Positions 36,734-50,790 of a stretch of 64,000 bases of DNA are shown here, piece by piece; the stretch's first letter is position 1, and the number at the start of each line of letters is the position of its first letter. The translations under genes were made by a program, and so were the position numbers. Source of the DNA: Myxococcales bacterium (GTDB taxonomy: Bacteria; Myxococcota_A; Polyangia; Polyangiales; Polyangiaceae). The stretch lies in NCBI GenBank assembly GCA_043747615.1, contig JAYTOU010000091.1, forward strand, positions 83,925 through 147,924, read 5' to 3'. A model generated the notes under the pieces. It did not search any database, was not told where the DNA came from, and was given only the letters and a program-made list of their open reading frames with translations.

Positions 36734-38290
36734 TCAGGGCCCTGCGTCGCCACCGAGCTCGTCGAAGATCGTGTCCTCCACGCCAGCGTCCTCCCCGCTC
36801 GTTTTGGCAGCGCCGGCGGAGAGCTCGGTGGTCGCAGCCGGGAGGAGCACGGCGGCGAGGACGAGGTCGTCCTCCGCACGAAGCTTGTCGAACGCCTCGC
36901 GATCTTGGGGCGGCAGGACGCGCATGCCGTCGAGCTTGAGGGAAAGCGGATCGAGGAAGACCTCCCCTCGCTTGATGGCGAAGTGGAGATGCGGCCCCGT
37001 CACGCGCCCCGTCTGCCCGACGTAGCCGACGAGCTGACGCGACTCGACGTGCTGCCCCACGTGGAGCCCACCGGCGAAGCGCGAGAGGTGACAGTACGCA
37101 CTCACGAGGCCGTTCGGGTGAAGCACCTGCACCATGTTGCCACACGGGCCGCCATCGCCGGCGATCTTCACGGTTCCACCGGCAGTCGCGTAGACCGGCG
37201 TGCCCGTCGATGCCGCGAAATCTACGCCGTTATGAGGAATCACGGTGTGAAGAACCGGATGCATCCGGTGCGGGTTGAAGCGCGACGAGACGCGCGCGAA
37301 TGGGACGGGCGTACGCCAGCCGCCATGCGTGGGCTGATGGCCCTTAGCGTCGTAGAAGGCGCCGTGGAGAAGGCCGTTCGTCGCTGCCAGGTGGGTCGCG
37401 GGGTGTCCGAAAAAGTACACGCGGACTGGCGGAATTTTGCCGTTCTCTGGGGTGTACTCGACGGCGTCGACCTGCGCGTAGCGGGCGAAGGCGCCCTCGA
37501 CGTCGTCTTCGCTGACCACGATCCGCAGCCGCACCCCCGGATGCAGATCGGACAGCTCGGCGTGTCCGTCGAGCGCGTCATCGAGCATTTTCAGGAGATC
37601 GTCGTCCTGGCCGGCGTGCTTCGCGGAGGCGCCTTCGAAGCCGGCGCTCACGATCGACGCGCGGAGATCATCGCCGACCGTGAGCCCTAGGGCGACGCGC
37701 TTTCTCTCCACAAGAAGGTCCAGCTTCTTCGCCTCGAGCACTCCGAGATCGTTCTCGCGAGCTTGCCACACCTCGCCGATCGAGGTCGCGAACTCGAACG
37801 CGGCGAGGTGACCGGTGCCCTTCTTCTTGACGATGCTGAAGGTGTCTTTTGGATGGGTGCGGTCGAAGGTGCGAATGCGCTCGAATGCCGTAAAAAGCCG
37901 ACTGGCGTCGACGCGACTGACCCCGCTCGCGCTCAGCGCGGCCACGAGCGCGCGATGGCCGACCTGCCCCTCCACGAGCTCGAAGGCCGAATCGCTCGCG
38001 AGCTGCGCCGTCCTCCACACGAACGGTCTCGGCTCCCTCACTGGGCCCGCATCTTCGACGACGAGCGGCGCGGACGCGTCCTCGAGAGCGGGCTTCGCGG
38101 CGCTCACCGTGACGAGCGCTGGGCTGACTCCTCCGAGGCCGGCACGGTGGGACAGCGCCAAATACGGGTTCACGAAAAGCGTGTAGATTGCAATCATGAG
38201 GAGCGCGCCCAGCCCGATCATCACGAGCGGCGAGGTGGGGGAAGGCCGATCGGGCTCCCATTTCACCTTGTCCGGCGAATCCTGCACCAA
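36734..38290 (-). CDS. M23 family peptidoglycan endopeptidase (MepM-like), membrane anchored
   Basis: RVSSRF..RMHPV, HNGVDF, YCHLS, TGPHLHF; N-terminal TM. Confidence 0.92.
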   Translation of the reverse strand: MVQDSPDKVKWEPDRPSPTSPLVMIGLGALLMIAIYTLFVNPYLALSHRAGLGGVSPALVTVSAAKPALEDASAPLVVEDAGPVREPRPFVWRTAQLASDSAFELVEGQVGHRALVAALSASGVSRVDASRLFTAFERIRTFDRTHPKDTFSIVKKKGTGHLAAFEFATSIGEVWQARENDLGVLEAKKLDLLVERKRVALGLTVGDDLRASIVSAGFEGASAKHAGQDDDLLKMLDDALDGHAELSDLHPGVRLRIVVSEDDVEGAFARYAQVDAVEYTPENGKIPPVRVYFFGHPATHLAATNGLLHGAFYDAKGHQPTHGGWRTPVPFARVSSRFNPHRMHPVLHTVIPHNGVDFAASTGTPVYATAGGTVKIAGDGGPCGNMVQVLHPNGLVSAYCHLSRFAGGLHVGQHVESRQLVGYVGQTGRVTGPHLHFAIKRGEVFLDPLSLKLDGMRVLPPQDREAFDKLRAEDDLVLAAVLLPAATTELSAGAAKTSGEDAGVEDTIFDELGGDAGP

Positions 38291-38386
38291 AGCCGCTTAG
38301 CCGCCGAACGGCCGCTTTGCAACCACCGAAGCCCAGGGGAAGAACTACCAAGGGGCGCGAATTTGGCTTAGGTTGCGAGAAACGTC

Positions 38387-39118
38387 ATGGACGAGCGCCT
38401 CAAGCAGCTGCTTCTTCTGGGGAGAGAGCATTACTCGAAGCGCGAGCTCGACAAGGCCGAGCAGATGCTCCGCCAGGTCCTCGAGCAAGACGATCGCTTC
38501 GCCGACGTGCACGACATGCTCGGGGTCATCGCCCACTCGCGCGGCAACTTCATCGTCGCCGAAAAGCATTTCGAGCGCGCGGTGGAGCTCAACCCCTCGT
38601 ACACCGAGGCGGCCCTCAACCTGGCGGTGACCTACAACGACCGTGGCAAGTACGAGGCGGCGCGTGAGGTCTACGCGCGCATCAAGGGCAAGCCCACCGG
38701 TGCGATCAACACGCTCGACCCGTTCGCGCGCGGCAAGCTCGCGAACATGCACGCCGATCTCGCGCAAGCCTATGCCGATTCAGGATTGCCGCGCGAGGCG
38801 ATCGACGAGATGAAAAAAGCGGTCGGTCTCTGTCCGCAATTTGCCGATTTGCGCACGCGCTTGGGAACACTCCTTCGCGAAGTGAACGATCTCGCAGCGG
38901 CCCGCACGGAGTACGAGGCTGCGGTGGCAGCGCGGGGCGCATACGTGCCGGCGCGCATTCAGCTCGGCGTGACGCTGCTGTCGCTCGGGCATGCCGATCT
39001 CGCCGAGGAGCAGTGGAAGAAAGCACTCGAGATAGACGGTGAGAACACGCACGCCAAGATGTACCTCCGGATGCTCGGCGCGCAGCGTGCGAAAGGCTCG
39101 ATTCCTCCTCTCGCGTGA
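38387..39118 (+). CDS. Tetratricopeptide repeat protein
   Basis: Repeated LG....G....A...F..A..LNP.Y..A helical motifs. Confidence 0.9.
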   Translation: MDERLKQLLLLGREHYSKRELDKAEQMLRQVLEQDDRFADVHDMLGVIAHSRGNFIVAEKHFERAVELNPSYTEAALNLAVTYNDRGKYEAAREVYARIKGKPTGAINTLDPFARGKLANMHADLAQAYADSGLPREAIDEMKKAVGLCPQFADLRTRLGTLLREVNDLAAARTEYEAAVAARGAYVPARIQLGVTLLSLGHADLAEEQWKKALEIDGENTHAKMYLRMLGAQRAKGSIPPLA

Positions 39119-40135
39119 TGGAGCCCCTCAGGGACGTGCTCCGCGCGAGCTGGAAGAGACTGCGTGGTGATGAGCTCACGCCGAAGCGCGCCGCGCTGAG
39201 CGTCGCCGTGGGGCTGGCCATTGGAGTGACGCCGCTCTGGGGATTTCACTTCTGGCTCGTCCTCGCGGTGTGCGTGCCCCTTCGGCTCGACGCGCCGGTC
39301 GCCTACCTGGCCGCGAACATTTCGCTCCCGTTCATCGCACCGTTTCTGTCGTTTGCGGAGATCGAGATCGGCGCCCGCGTGCTGAGCGGAGCGTGGCTGG
39401 AGCTGAGCGCAGAGGCGGTCCGAGCTCACGGCTTCGCCGCATTTTTTCGGGAGATCGTGGTGGGTACGGTGATCTTCGCGCCGGCGGTGGCGGTGGTCGG
39501 CGGGGTCATCACCTACAGCCTCCTCAGCGTGCTCAAGCGGCAGGTCGATCCCATGGACGCGCTCTTTCGCGACGTCGCCGAGAGGTACGCGCATGGAAGC
39601 AACTTCACGCGTGGCTACGTGAAATCGAAGCTGGCTCGCGATCCGGTGGTGCGCGAGGTGACGGCTCTCGGAAAGCTCCGGAGCCTTGGGAACGTCGTGG
39701 ACGTGGGGTGCGGCCGCGGGCAGCTCGCGATCGCGCTTCTCCTCGGCACGGCAGCGGAGCGGGTGATCGGCTTCGACTGGGACGCCGCCAAGGTCGACGA
39801 AGCGAACGCGGCGGCAGACGGCCTCGAGGCGTCGTTCGAGCGCGGCGACGTGTGCAACGTGAAGCTTCCGGCCTGCGACTCGGTCCTGGTGATCGACGTC
39901 CTCCACTACCTGACGAGCGACGAGCAGGACGCGCTGCTCGAGCGCGCCGCCGACGCCGCACGGTCAAGGGTCATCGTGCGCGAGCTCGATCCGGAGCGCG
40001 GCTGGCGGAGCCGGATCACCAAGTTTCAAGAGGGCATCACCACCTCGCTCGGGGTCAATCGAGGCGCGCGGGTGCAGCCGCGACCGATCTCTGCGATCCG
40101 CACGATCCTCGAGAAAAAATTCTACGTCGTGACGA

Positions 40136-40888
<753 letters not shown>

Positions 40889-40901
40889 GTGTGGCTCATT
40901 T

Positions 40902-43902
<3,001 letters not shown>

Positions 43903-43968
43903 GCCGCCTTGAAGGTCCCATGAGTTTATCAGGTTCTGGCTGCGTTGCGTGCAACCGCCCTAAATGAG

Positions 43969-44456
43969 ATGGACTTTTCTCCGATGCGTCGCGGTCCCAC
44001 CGTTCTTTTCGCGTACTTTGTGCTCGGGGCGCTCGGCGTCGTCGGGTCGGTCGTCGCCGGAAATGATCCCCTGCGAACGACCGCGTGGCTGGGGACGACG
44101 GCGTTCGCCTCGGTGGCTCTCAGCCTGCTGATTGGTGTCGCGCTGGCGGCCGGAGTGATCACCGGTTCGCGGGCGCTCGTGTGGCGATTTCAGTGGGCTC
44201 GGGCACTTCACGCGGAGCTTCGACCCGTCACGCGCGGCGTGGGAGAAGCCGAGCTCTTTCTCACCGCGCTCGGTGGTGGGCTGGCCGAAGAGCTTTTTTT
44301 TCGGGGGATGCTCGTTCCGATCGCTGGGGTCGCGCTCGCGGCCGTCGCCTTCGGCCTTCTCCATCAGGTGCGCGGAGAGGCGCGCTGGGGTTGGGCGCTC
44401 TCGGCGACGGGGCTCGGGTGCGCCGACTCGGCGGCTTGCTGCAGCGTAACTCGTAG
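43969..44456 (+). pseudogene. CPBP (Abi/CAAX) intramembrane protease with C-terminal internal deletion
   Basis: EELFFRG and FGLLH present, last helices with H...N motif absent; frame then runs as nonsense into the convergent kinase while another frame ends RRLGGLLQRNS-stop at 44456. Confidence 0.7.
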
Positions 44457-44492
44457 TCGATCGCGTTCGTTCCGCGAAACCGCGCCCGGAGC

Positions 44493-46199
44493 CTACGCCG
44501 GCATCTGCACCCTCGGAGCCACGAGGCTCGCGGCGTCATCCAGCGTTCTCACGAGCTCGTTCGTGAGTTGGCGCACGGCGGAAATGGCCCCTTCGAGCAT
44601 CCCGGTTCCCTCCGCGAGGGCGCGATCGAGCTGCACGTTTTCGACTTCGAGGCGGAGCTCGAGCTCCGTGATCTGAAAGGTGAGATCACGCTCCACCGCC
44701 GACATGCGCTGCTCCTCTGCAGCGAGCGCGACACCTTCCCAGGCGTTCGCGTCGCTCTCCCGTTCTGCGGGTGTGTGTGAGGCGGTCGCGCGGAGAGCGC
44801 GGTTCGGGGGCGGAACCACCGAAATCTGGCGGGGCTGAATCGCCGCGTGATGCGCTCTCTCTCGCGACCGATCGCGCACGAGCTCGTCGAGCGCGCGCCC
44901 GAGCGTAGCCTTGAACTCGCGGCCGCTCGCTTCCAGACGATCGACCTTGGCCTGCGAGTCCGCCACCCGCCGCGACGCGCGCTCGACGTTTGCAATGAGC
45001 TCACGCGCTCGCTCCGCTAAATCACTCGCGCGCCCAGCTTTCGTCGCGCGAGAGGCGTCGCCGCTCCCCCTCGCCCGCTCGATCGTTACCTCGAGCTCCT
45101 TCAGGGCGGCGGCCCAGCGCGTGGTCATCGCCGAGGCGTGAAGACCGCCGACGTTCGCGGTCACGTGCAGGTCCTTGGTCTGCAACTCCACGTCCGCGAT
45201 CGTGGGAGAGATGTCGCGCGGGGGCGGCAACGGCGCCTCGAGATCACGCGGTGTCATCGAGCTCTTCGTCGAGGGAGCGCATCTCCGAAGCATTTCGGTC
45301 AGCGCGTCGACGACGATGAACGCATCGGCTGGCCTGTCTTCCGGCTGGCGCGCCAAAAGTGAAAGCACCAAGCTCTCGAGCTCCGGCGGCAACCCCGCGA
45401 CGCGCGTGCTCGGCGGAATCGGCGCGGTGGTGAGCGGCTTCAAGAGCAGCTCGGACTGCCCGCGGGCGTCGTACGGAAGAACGGTGGTGAGCATCTCGTA
45501 GATGACCACGCCGAGCGCGTAGAGGTCTGCGCGACCGTCCGGCGATTTTCCGTCGAGGTACTCAGGCGCGATGTATCCGGGCGTCCCGAACATCTGCTCG
45601 GAGAACGTGAGCGCAGGCGCGTCGAGAATTTTTGCGATGCCAAAATCGGTCAGCTTGACCTGATCGAGCATGTCGGGCGCCTGCAGGAGTAGAACGTTTT
45701 CAGGCTTCAAATCTCGATGAATCACGCCCATCTGGTGTGCGCGTCCGAGCGCGGAGGCGATCTGCAGCCCGACCTTCGCCGCGCGATCCCAGCTGAATCC
45801 GCCGCGCTGAATATGGGTGAGGAGCGATTCGCCGGCGATGTACTCCATCACCAGGTACGCGAGCCCGTCGAGCTCACCTAAGTCGGTGATCTCAACGATG
45901 TTGCGGTGGTTGATCCGATTGACTGCCCGCGCCTCGCGAAGAAAACGCTCGCGGTGGTTGGGATCGAGGCCGAGATCCTGGCGAAGGATTTTGATCGCGC
46001 TCAGGCGATCGATCATCACGTGCCGCGCCAAGTAGACGGCCGACATGCCGCCTGCACCGAGGCGCCGGATCAGCCTGAATCGTCCGGCGATCGTGCGACC
46101 GAGGTAAGGGTCGGTGGCTTTCTTGAGCCCGACTCCGTCGAGCGGACAAAACGCGCCGTCGTCAGGATAAAGCTCGGCGCAGCTCGGACAGATTTTCAT
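44493..46199 (-). CDS. Ser/Thr kinase with N-terminal zinc ribbon and C-terminal coiled coil
   Basis: CPSC...CPLD; GAGGMSAV, AIK, HRDLKPEN, DFG, GTPGYIAPE. Confidence 0.94.
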   Translation of the reverse strand: MKICPSCAELYPDDGAFCPLDGVGLKKATDPYLGRTIAGRFRLIRRLGAGGMSAVYLARHVMIDRLSAIKILRQDLGLDPNHRERFLREARAVNRINHRNIVEITDLGELDGLAYLVMEYIAGESLLTHIQRGGFSWDRAAKVGLQIASALGRAHQMGVIHRDLKPENVLLLQAPDMLDQVKLTDFGIAKILDAPALTFSEQMFGTPGYIAPEYLDGKSPDGRADLYALGVVIYEMLTTVLPYDARGQSELLLKPLTTAPIPPSTRVAGLPPELESLVLSLLARQPEDRPADAFIVVDALTEMLRRCAPSTKSSMTPRDLEAPLPPPRDISPTIADVELQTKDLHVTANVGGLHASAMTTRWAAALKELEVTIERARGSGDASRATKAGRASDLAERARELIANVERASRRVADSQAKVDRLEASGREFKATLGRALDELVRDRSRERAHHAAIQPRQISVVPPPNRALRATASHTPAERESDANAWEGVALAAEEQRMSAVERDLTFQITELELRLEVENVQLDRALAEGTGMLEGAISAVRQLTNELVRTLDDAASLVAPRVQMPA

Positions 46200-46233
46200 C
46201 GTGCGCGGCCCTTGAGAGGTGCTTTTTTATATA

Positions 46234-46671
46234 TCAGACCGCGACCGGACCGCCGAAGAGCCCAAAAAAACGCAACGCCCACACGACCATCTCCAGCACC
46301 ACCGCCACGACGAGCCCCGAGAAAATGAATTTTCCGAAGCGACCTTGGCTGAGGCACTGCGTCGACCCCTCGCGCGCGACGAGAAAAATCGCACGCGCCG
46401 CGACCAGCCCGATCAACAGGAAAACGAACGGGGCAACCGGATTGAAATGCAGTGCCGCTACGACGTCGAGATGAAGTAGCGCCCACACCGATCGGGTCGA
46501 GCCGCACGCCGGGCAAGGAACGTGAAAAAACTCCGCGAGCGGGCAGCGCACGCGCACGACGAGCAAGAACAGGCCAAACAAGCCCACTCCGGCAGCCGCA
46601 CCTGCCGCGCGACCGAGAAAAGCCTTCGAAAAAGGCTCGCGTGCCGACGTCGGTTGGTTTCGATTTAACAT
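46234..46671 (-). CDS. DUF2752 family membrane protein
   Basis: CP......PCPACGSTRS..ALLHLD...A..FNP. Confidence 0.85.
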   Translation of the reverse strand: MLNRNQPTSAREPFSKAFLGRAAGAAAGVGLFGLFLLVVRVRCPLAEFFHVPCPACGSTRSVWALLHLDVVAALHFNPVAPFVFLLIGLVAARAIFLVAREGSTQCLSQGRFGKFIFSGLVVAVVLEMVVWALRFFGLFGGPVAV

Positions 46672-46812
46672 CTCGCTGGAGTATGCGATGCTCGCGCGGC
46701 GCTAGGGGGTCAACCCCGGGGGCCCCCGAAGCGAAGGAAGACGTCCGCGTCAGGGAATCGAAGCGTTTTAAGCCACGTCGATGGCGCGCAAATACCTGGA
46801 GATACGAAGCCT

Positions 46813-47490
46813 ATGATCAGCGCAAACGAAAGCATTCAGACTCAAGGCGGTTACGGCCCCCCCGGTGGCGGCGGTTTTCCCCCGGGTGGCGGCGGCGGCG
46901 GCGGTTTTCCCCCGGGTGGCGGCGGCGGCGGTTATGGCGGTCCCCCACAAGGCGGACCCCCCGGCGGCGGCGGGTACGGCGGACCTCCCCAGGGCGGACC
47001 TCCGGGCGGCGGCGGGTACGGCGGACCTCCTCAGGGCGGACCTCCGGGCGGCGGCGGTTATGGCGGTCCCCCACAAGGCGGACCCCCCGGCGGCGGCGGA
47101 TACGGCGGACCTCCTCAGGGCGGCGGCTACGGCGGTCCCCCGCAAGGCGGACCCCCGGGCGGTTACGGCGCTCCCCCTCCGCAAGGTTTCGGCCCCCCCG
47201 GCGGCGGATTTCCTCCTCCCGGCGGCCCCATGATGCCGGGCGCGGGCGGCGACGTGAACACTACGTTGCCTCTCATTCTCAGCATCGTGCAGCTTGTGCT
47301 GTGCTGCAATGTGTTCTTCGGCATCCCCGCCTTGATCTTCGCGATCCAGGCTGGAAGCGCGAAGAAGACGGGCGATCTCGAGACCGCGCGCAAGAAGGTG
47401 AAGACTGCCTTCATCATCATGGGAGTCGGCTGGGCGCTCGAAGTCATCGTCGGCGTCATCCAGGCCATCCTCGGCGCGATGAGCAACTGA
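46813..47490 (+). CDS. CD225/dispanin (IFITM-like) membrane protein with Gly/Pro/Tyr/Gln repeat N-terminus
   Basis: LSIVQLVLCCNVFFGIPALIFA..A...GD...A...TM pattern. Confidence 0.8.
   Translation: MISANESIQTQGGYGPPGGGGFPPGGGGGGGFPPGGGGGGYGGPPQGGPPGGGGYGGPPQGGPPGGGGYGGPPQGGPPGGGGYGGPPQGGPPGGGGYGGPPQGGGYGGPPQGGPPGGYGAPPPQGFGPPGGGFPPPGGPMMPGAGGDVNTTLPLILSIVQLVLCCNVFFGIPALIFAIQAGSAKKTGDLETARKKVKTAFIIMGVGWALEVIVGVIQAILGAMSN
46846..47200 (+). repeat. Coding tandem repeats: 2 x 30 bp and 4 full plus partial 42 bp units (GGGGYGGPPQGGPP)
   Basis: Read directly; units 1 and 4 share codons, units 2 and 3 share codons. Confidence 0.9.
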
Positions 47491-47553
47491 CCAACTGACG
47501 AAGCAGCTGAGACCAAAGCCCGCGCGGCAGTAAGCGCACGGAGGTTTCGAACG

Positions 47554-47588
47554 AGGAGGGTGCCACGAGGCGCCTTCCTTTTTCTTTT
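47554..47588 (+). terminator. Intrinsic terminator
   Basis: AGGAGGGTGCC-ACGA-GGCGCCTTCCT stem followed by TTTTCTTTT. Confidence 0.8.
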
Positions 47589-50500
47589 ATGGACGCGCGA
47601 CCGTGCACTCGAGCGCGTTACGGACTTCGCTTCCCACGCTCACCCCAACGCGGCTCGCGCTGGGAGCGCCGGTGAAGCGAGCAATGACCCACGACTCGAC
47701 GTGACGCGGAGATGCCCATGTCGTGTGATCGCTCGAAACCTCGCGCGCGATCGTCTTGACGTCTGCCACACGCACTTCGATTGCCTCGACGCACACGCGG
47801 GTCTGGGACCAGCGGACGCGCGCGAAGCTCGGGGTGTCCTCTTCGGCGTGCATTCCGCCGCCACCAATTTTCACCCACGGGCGCACCGTCTGAACGATCG
47901 CCCGCCACCCGCCCGGGTCTGCCCTGCATGCCGGATCGTCGGACGACACGAGCGTAGACCAGGAAGCGAGGGGCACCGCCGCGGACCCCGGGATCAAGAG
48001 CAGCGCAGGGTCGGTGACCGACGCGGGCGTGCCCCCCGATGGCGTACGCAGAACGCCGAGCTCACCGCGCGGACCGACCGCGAGAGCATCGGGATTCGCG
48101 GGATAGAGGGTGGCGCTCACTGGGGCCGGTAGCTCGAACAGATCCGCCACGCCGGACGCCGTCCACTTGATCACGTGCTCCGCTCCATCTGGATCGAGCT
48201 CGAGCATCGCCGTGTCGTCGCCTCCGAGCGCGACCGCGCTCACCGGCATCGATTCGTCGCTCTTTCGCACACGGAGCGCCACACGCGCTCGAACGACCGG
48301 GCCCGAGCGCAGGACGCCCACCAGCCCCGCAGCGCCAAAAAAAGCCAGGTCGCTCGGTGATGCGGGATCGGTCTCGAGAAGTGGAGTAAGGCCGGTAACC
48401 GCCGTCGGATCCTCCCCGAGAACGTCCGCCGCGCTGAGCCCGATGGCGCGCGCCGCGCTCACGACGTCGCTCACGCCGAAGCTCGTCCTGCGCACCGCAC
48501 CGCTGGGATCGAAGGGAGAGACGAACATTACGGGCCGCCTTAGCGCGCGCGCGTCCTTCACTGGCCCGACCACCACGAGATGAGCGTCGTTCGTCGACAT
48601 GGAGTACCCGTGGAAGAGCGCGCGCGGAGCAGCCTCCTCCCGCGAAGGACTGGGATCGACGCTGTGCGGCGGGTTGAGAGGGACCCGCGCGAAGAGCGTG
48701 CGCACGAACTCGTAGCTCGTGTCGTCGGTGTTGGAGGCGATCCTGCTGGCGCCGAGCCCGAGGTCCTCCGGGCTCACGGGGCCGCGTACCGCCGAGGTCG
48801 ATCGGACGTCGCCCGTCACTTTGCAGATGATCTGCGGCAGCGTCCCCGCGGACAGAATCGGCGCGCTCGCGGCGACGGTCGGCCGGGCCTCCACGTGAGG
48901 GGCGGTCGGCACCCAGCCAATGCGGTACCACCCGCCGAGATCGCAGCCCACGGCAGAGCACATGCGCGGCTCCGAGAAGCGGTCGCTCTCGGTGCTGAGC
49001 GGCGCCGCGACCTCGGTCCACGACGACCCGCGATCGAGCGTCTGCCACATGCGGCCTTCCTTGGTGCGGGCCAGGGCGTACGGGCCGGAAAAAGCCTGGC
49101 GCTCGAAGCCGAAGGCCGCAACGGCGATCTGACCATTGACCGCAACCTCCGCGGAGCCGCCGTCGGTCCAGCCGCGCAAGGTTCCCTGCGGCGTCGCCGA
49201 CCACACCCGATCGATGACCCGCAACGTCTCGCGATCAGATTTTTTGTGCGGACGGAATTCGGGAAAGTTGCGGGCGCCCGCGGGGACGGACTCCATGTTC
49301 CACGGGTGAATTTCCCCGGTGCGAGCGTCGATCGTCCCCACGCTCGGTTGGGTGAGGATCCCGTACGCGCCGCCGTCCGCGCGCGGCACCCAGCGTCCGA
49401 CGTCCACGGCCGGTCCGCCGCCGTCGCCGTTCTCGAGGTCGTATTCTTGCCAGCTTCCCGTCGCGCTGCGAACACACGTGACGAGGCGTGAGGCTTTCGC
49501 GCGCGTGCAGGGGCCACCGAAGGCGAGCGAGCCATCATCGGATCCGTAGAAGACACCTGGCGCGGTGAACGTCTGTTCGATGAGTGGCGCCTTGTCTCCG
49601 AAGACGTGCGAGGCAACAAAGCTCGCGCCCCCGTTCGGACGCGTGCATGCGACGATTACGTCATCCTGCGCGCGCAGGGCTTCGCACGTCGCATCGGGCG
49701 GCAGACGCCCGGGCGCAACGCTCACGAGCTCTCCTGTCGCGAGGTTCACGTTCACGAGATTTCCGTCGGACACCACGAGCGCCGTCGCCTCGTCGAGCGG
49801 CAATCCAAGGCGTATCGCGCGGCGAATCGGCGCTTCGTTCGCGTTCCATCGGGGATCTTTCGGCCGAAGTACGGACGGCTTCACCTCGGGCGCTTTGTCG
49901 AACGCCGTAAGGGTCCCACCCGGATCGACGCGCGACACGTGACCACTGAGCGGCTTCAGCCACAGCGCATCCTCCGCGACGAGGACACCCGGCGCGGCCC
50001 CGGGAAGCTGGGCGGTCACGTCGATCCAGTGCTCACCGCGATCGACGGTGATCATCGTCGAGCCAAACTCGGTGACCGCCGCCGCACGACCGTCCGTCAG
50101 GGCCGCCACGTCCACGATGCCCACCGGGCTCGCAGGCGAAGGCGCACCGCTCCTCGGGTCGATCGACCACCGTTCACCGTTCGAGCCGCGGACCAAGAGC
50201 GCCTTGGGCCCAAAGGACACGGAGGCGATCGCGTCGGGCATCGCGGCGAGCGGCTTCAGCGCCCCATCGAAGCTCTCGCTCGTGTAGAGCGTGCGATCAT
50301 TCCAGAAGAGAAACCCGCCTCCCATCGATCCCGGCAGGCGATCGGCGCCCACGAGCGCGGGCGCTGCGATTTCTTTCGCGAAGCGCGTCCCACCGGCGCC
50401 CGCGATCAAGCGAAGCCCGTCTAAGAGTGCGCCGTTCCCCGTTTTTCCGAGCGGCATGACCACCATGGGTGCGGCGCGCGAGAACGCCGGATCGGCCACG

Positions 50501-50664
50501 ACGTACTGGAGAGCCTCCGGCGCGATGTCGGGCGCGGTGCCAGCATCAAACGTGGCCTCCCCGCGCGGTGCATCGATCGCGACCCGCTCTTCGTGGGCGC
50601 ACGAGGACACGCCCAGCGCTGCCACGGTCGCCAGATGCGCGAGTACAGCCCCTCGTTTTCGCAT
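47587..50664 (-). CDS. Large hypothetical beta-rich lipoprotein (~1025 aa), propeller-like
   Basis: MRKR...LGVSSC lipobox; Asp-box-like TVDRGEHW and TLDRGSSW; TACAAT box 7 nt upstream of ATG 50664. Confidence 0.8.
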   Translation of the reverse strand: MRKRGAVLAHLATVAALGVSSCAHEERVAIDAPRGEATFDAGTAPDIAPEALQYVVADPAFSRAAPMVVMPLGKTGNGALLDGLRLIAGAGGTRFAKEIAAPALVGADRLPGSMGGGFLFWNDRTLYTSESFDGALKPLAAMPDAIASVSFGPKALLVRGSNGERWSIDPRSGAPSPASPVGIVDVAALTDGRAAAVTEFGSTMITVDRGEHWIDVTAQLPGAAPGVLVAEDALWLKPLSGHVSRVDPGGTLTAFDKAPEVKPSVLRPKDPRWNANEAPIRRAIRLGLPLDEATALVVSDGNLVNVNLATGELVSVAPGRLPPDATCEALRAQDDVIVACTRPNGGASFVASHVFGDKAPLIEQTFTAPGVFYGSDDGSLAFGGPCTRAKASRLVTCVRSATGSWQEYDLENGDGGGPAVDVGRWVPRADGGAYGILTQPSVGTIDARTGEIHPWNMESVPAGARNFPEFRPHKKSDRETLRVIDRVWSATPQGTLRGWTDGGSAEVAVNGQIAVAAFGFERQAFSGPYALARTKEGRMWQTLDRGSSWTEVAAPLSTESDRFSEPRMCSAVGCDLGGWYRIGWVPTAPHVEARPTVAASAPILSAGTLPQIICKVTGDVRSTSAVRGPVSPEDLGLGASRIASNTDDTSYEFVRTLFARVPLNPPHSVDPSPSREEAAPRALFHGYSMSTNDAHLVVVGPVKDARALRRPVMFVSPFDPSGAVRRTSFGVSDVVSAARAIGLSAADVLGEDPTAVTGLTPLLETDPASPSDLAFFGAAGLVGVLRSGPVVRARVALRVRKSDESMPVSAVALGGDDTAMLELDPDGAEHVIKWTASGVADLFELPAPVSATLYPANPDALAVGPRGELGVLRTPSGGTPASVTDPALLLIPGSAAVPLASWSTLVSSDDPACRADPGGWRAIVQTVRPWVKIGGGGMHAEEDTPSFARVRWSQTRVCVEAIEVRVADVKTIAREVSSDHTTWASPRHVESWVIARFTGAPSASRVGVSVGSEVRNALECTVARP

Positions 50665-50790
50665 CGCCCCGATTGTAACGGATGAGACGGTCAAGGGTTT
50701 TGAAAGTTCCGCCCGTTTTAGCCTATGTTTCGCTGACGCCGATCCGCGGCGGGACGTTAACCGTCAACCCTTTTGCATGGAGCGGCGCAG

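Noticed and set aside
46846..47200. Repeats as a CRISPR array
   Set aside because: No unique spacers, in-frame coding repeats with synonymous variation, no cas genes
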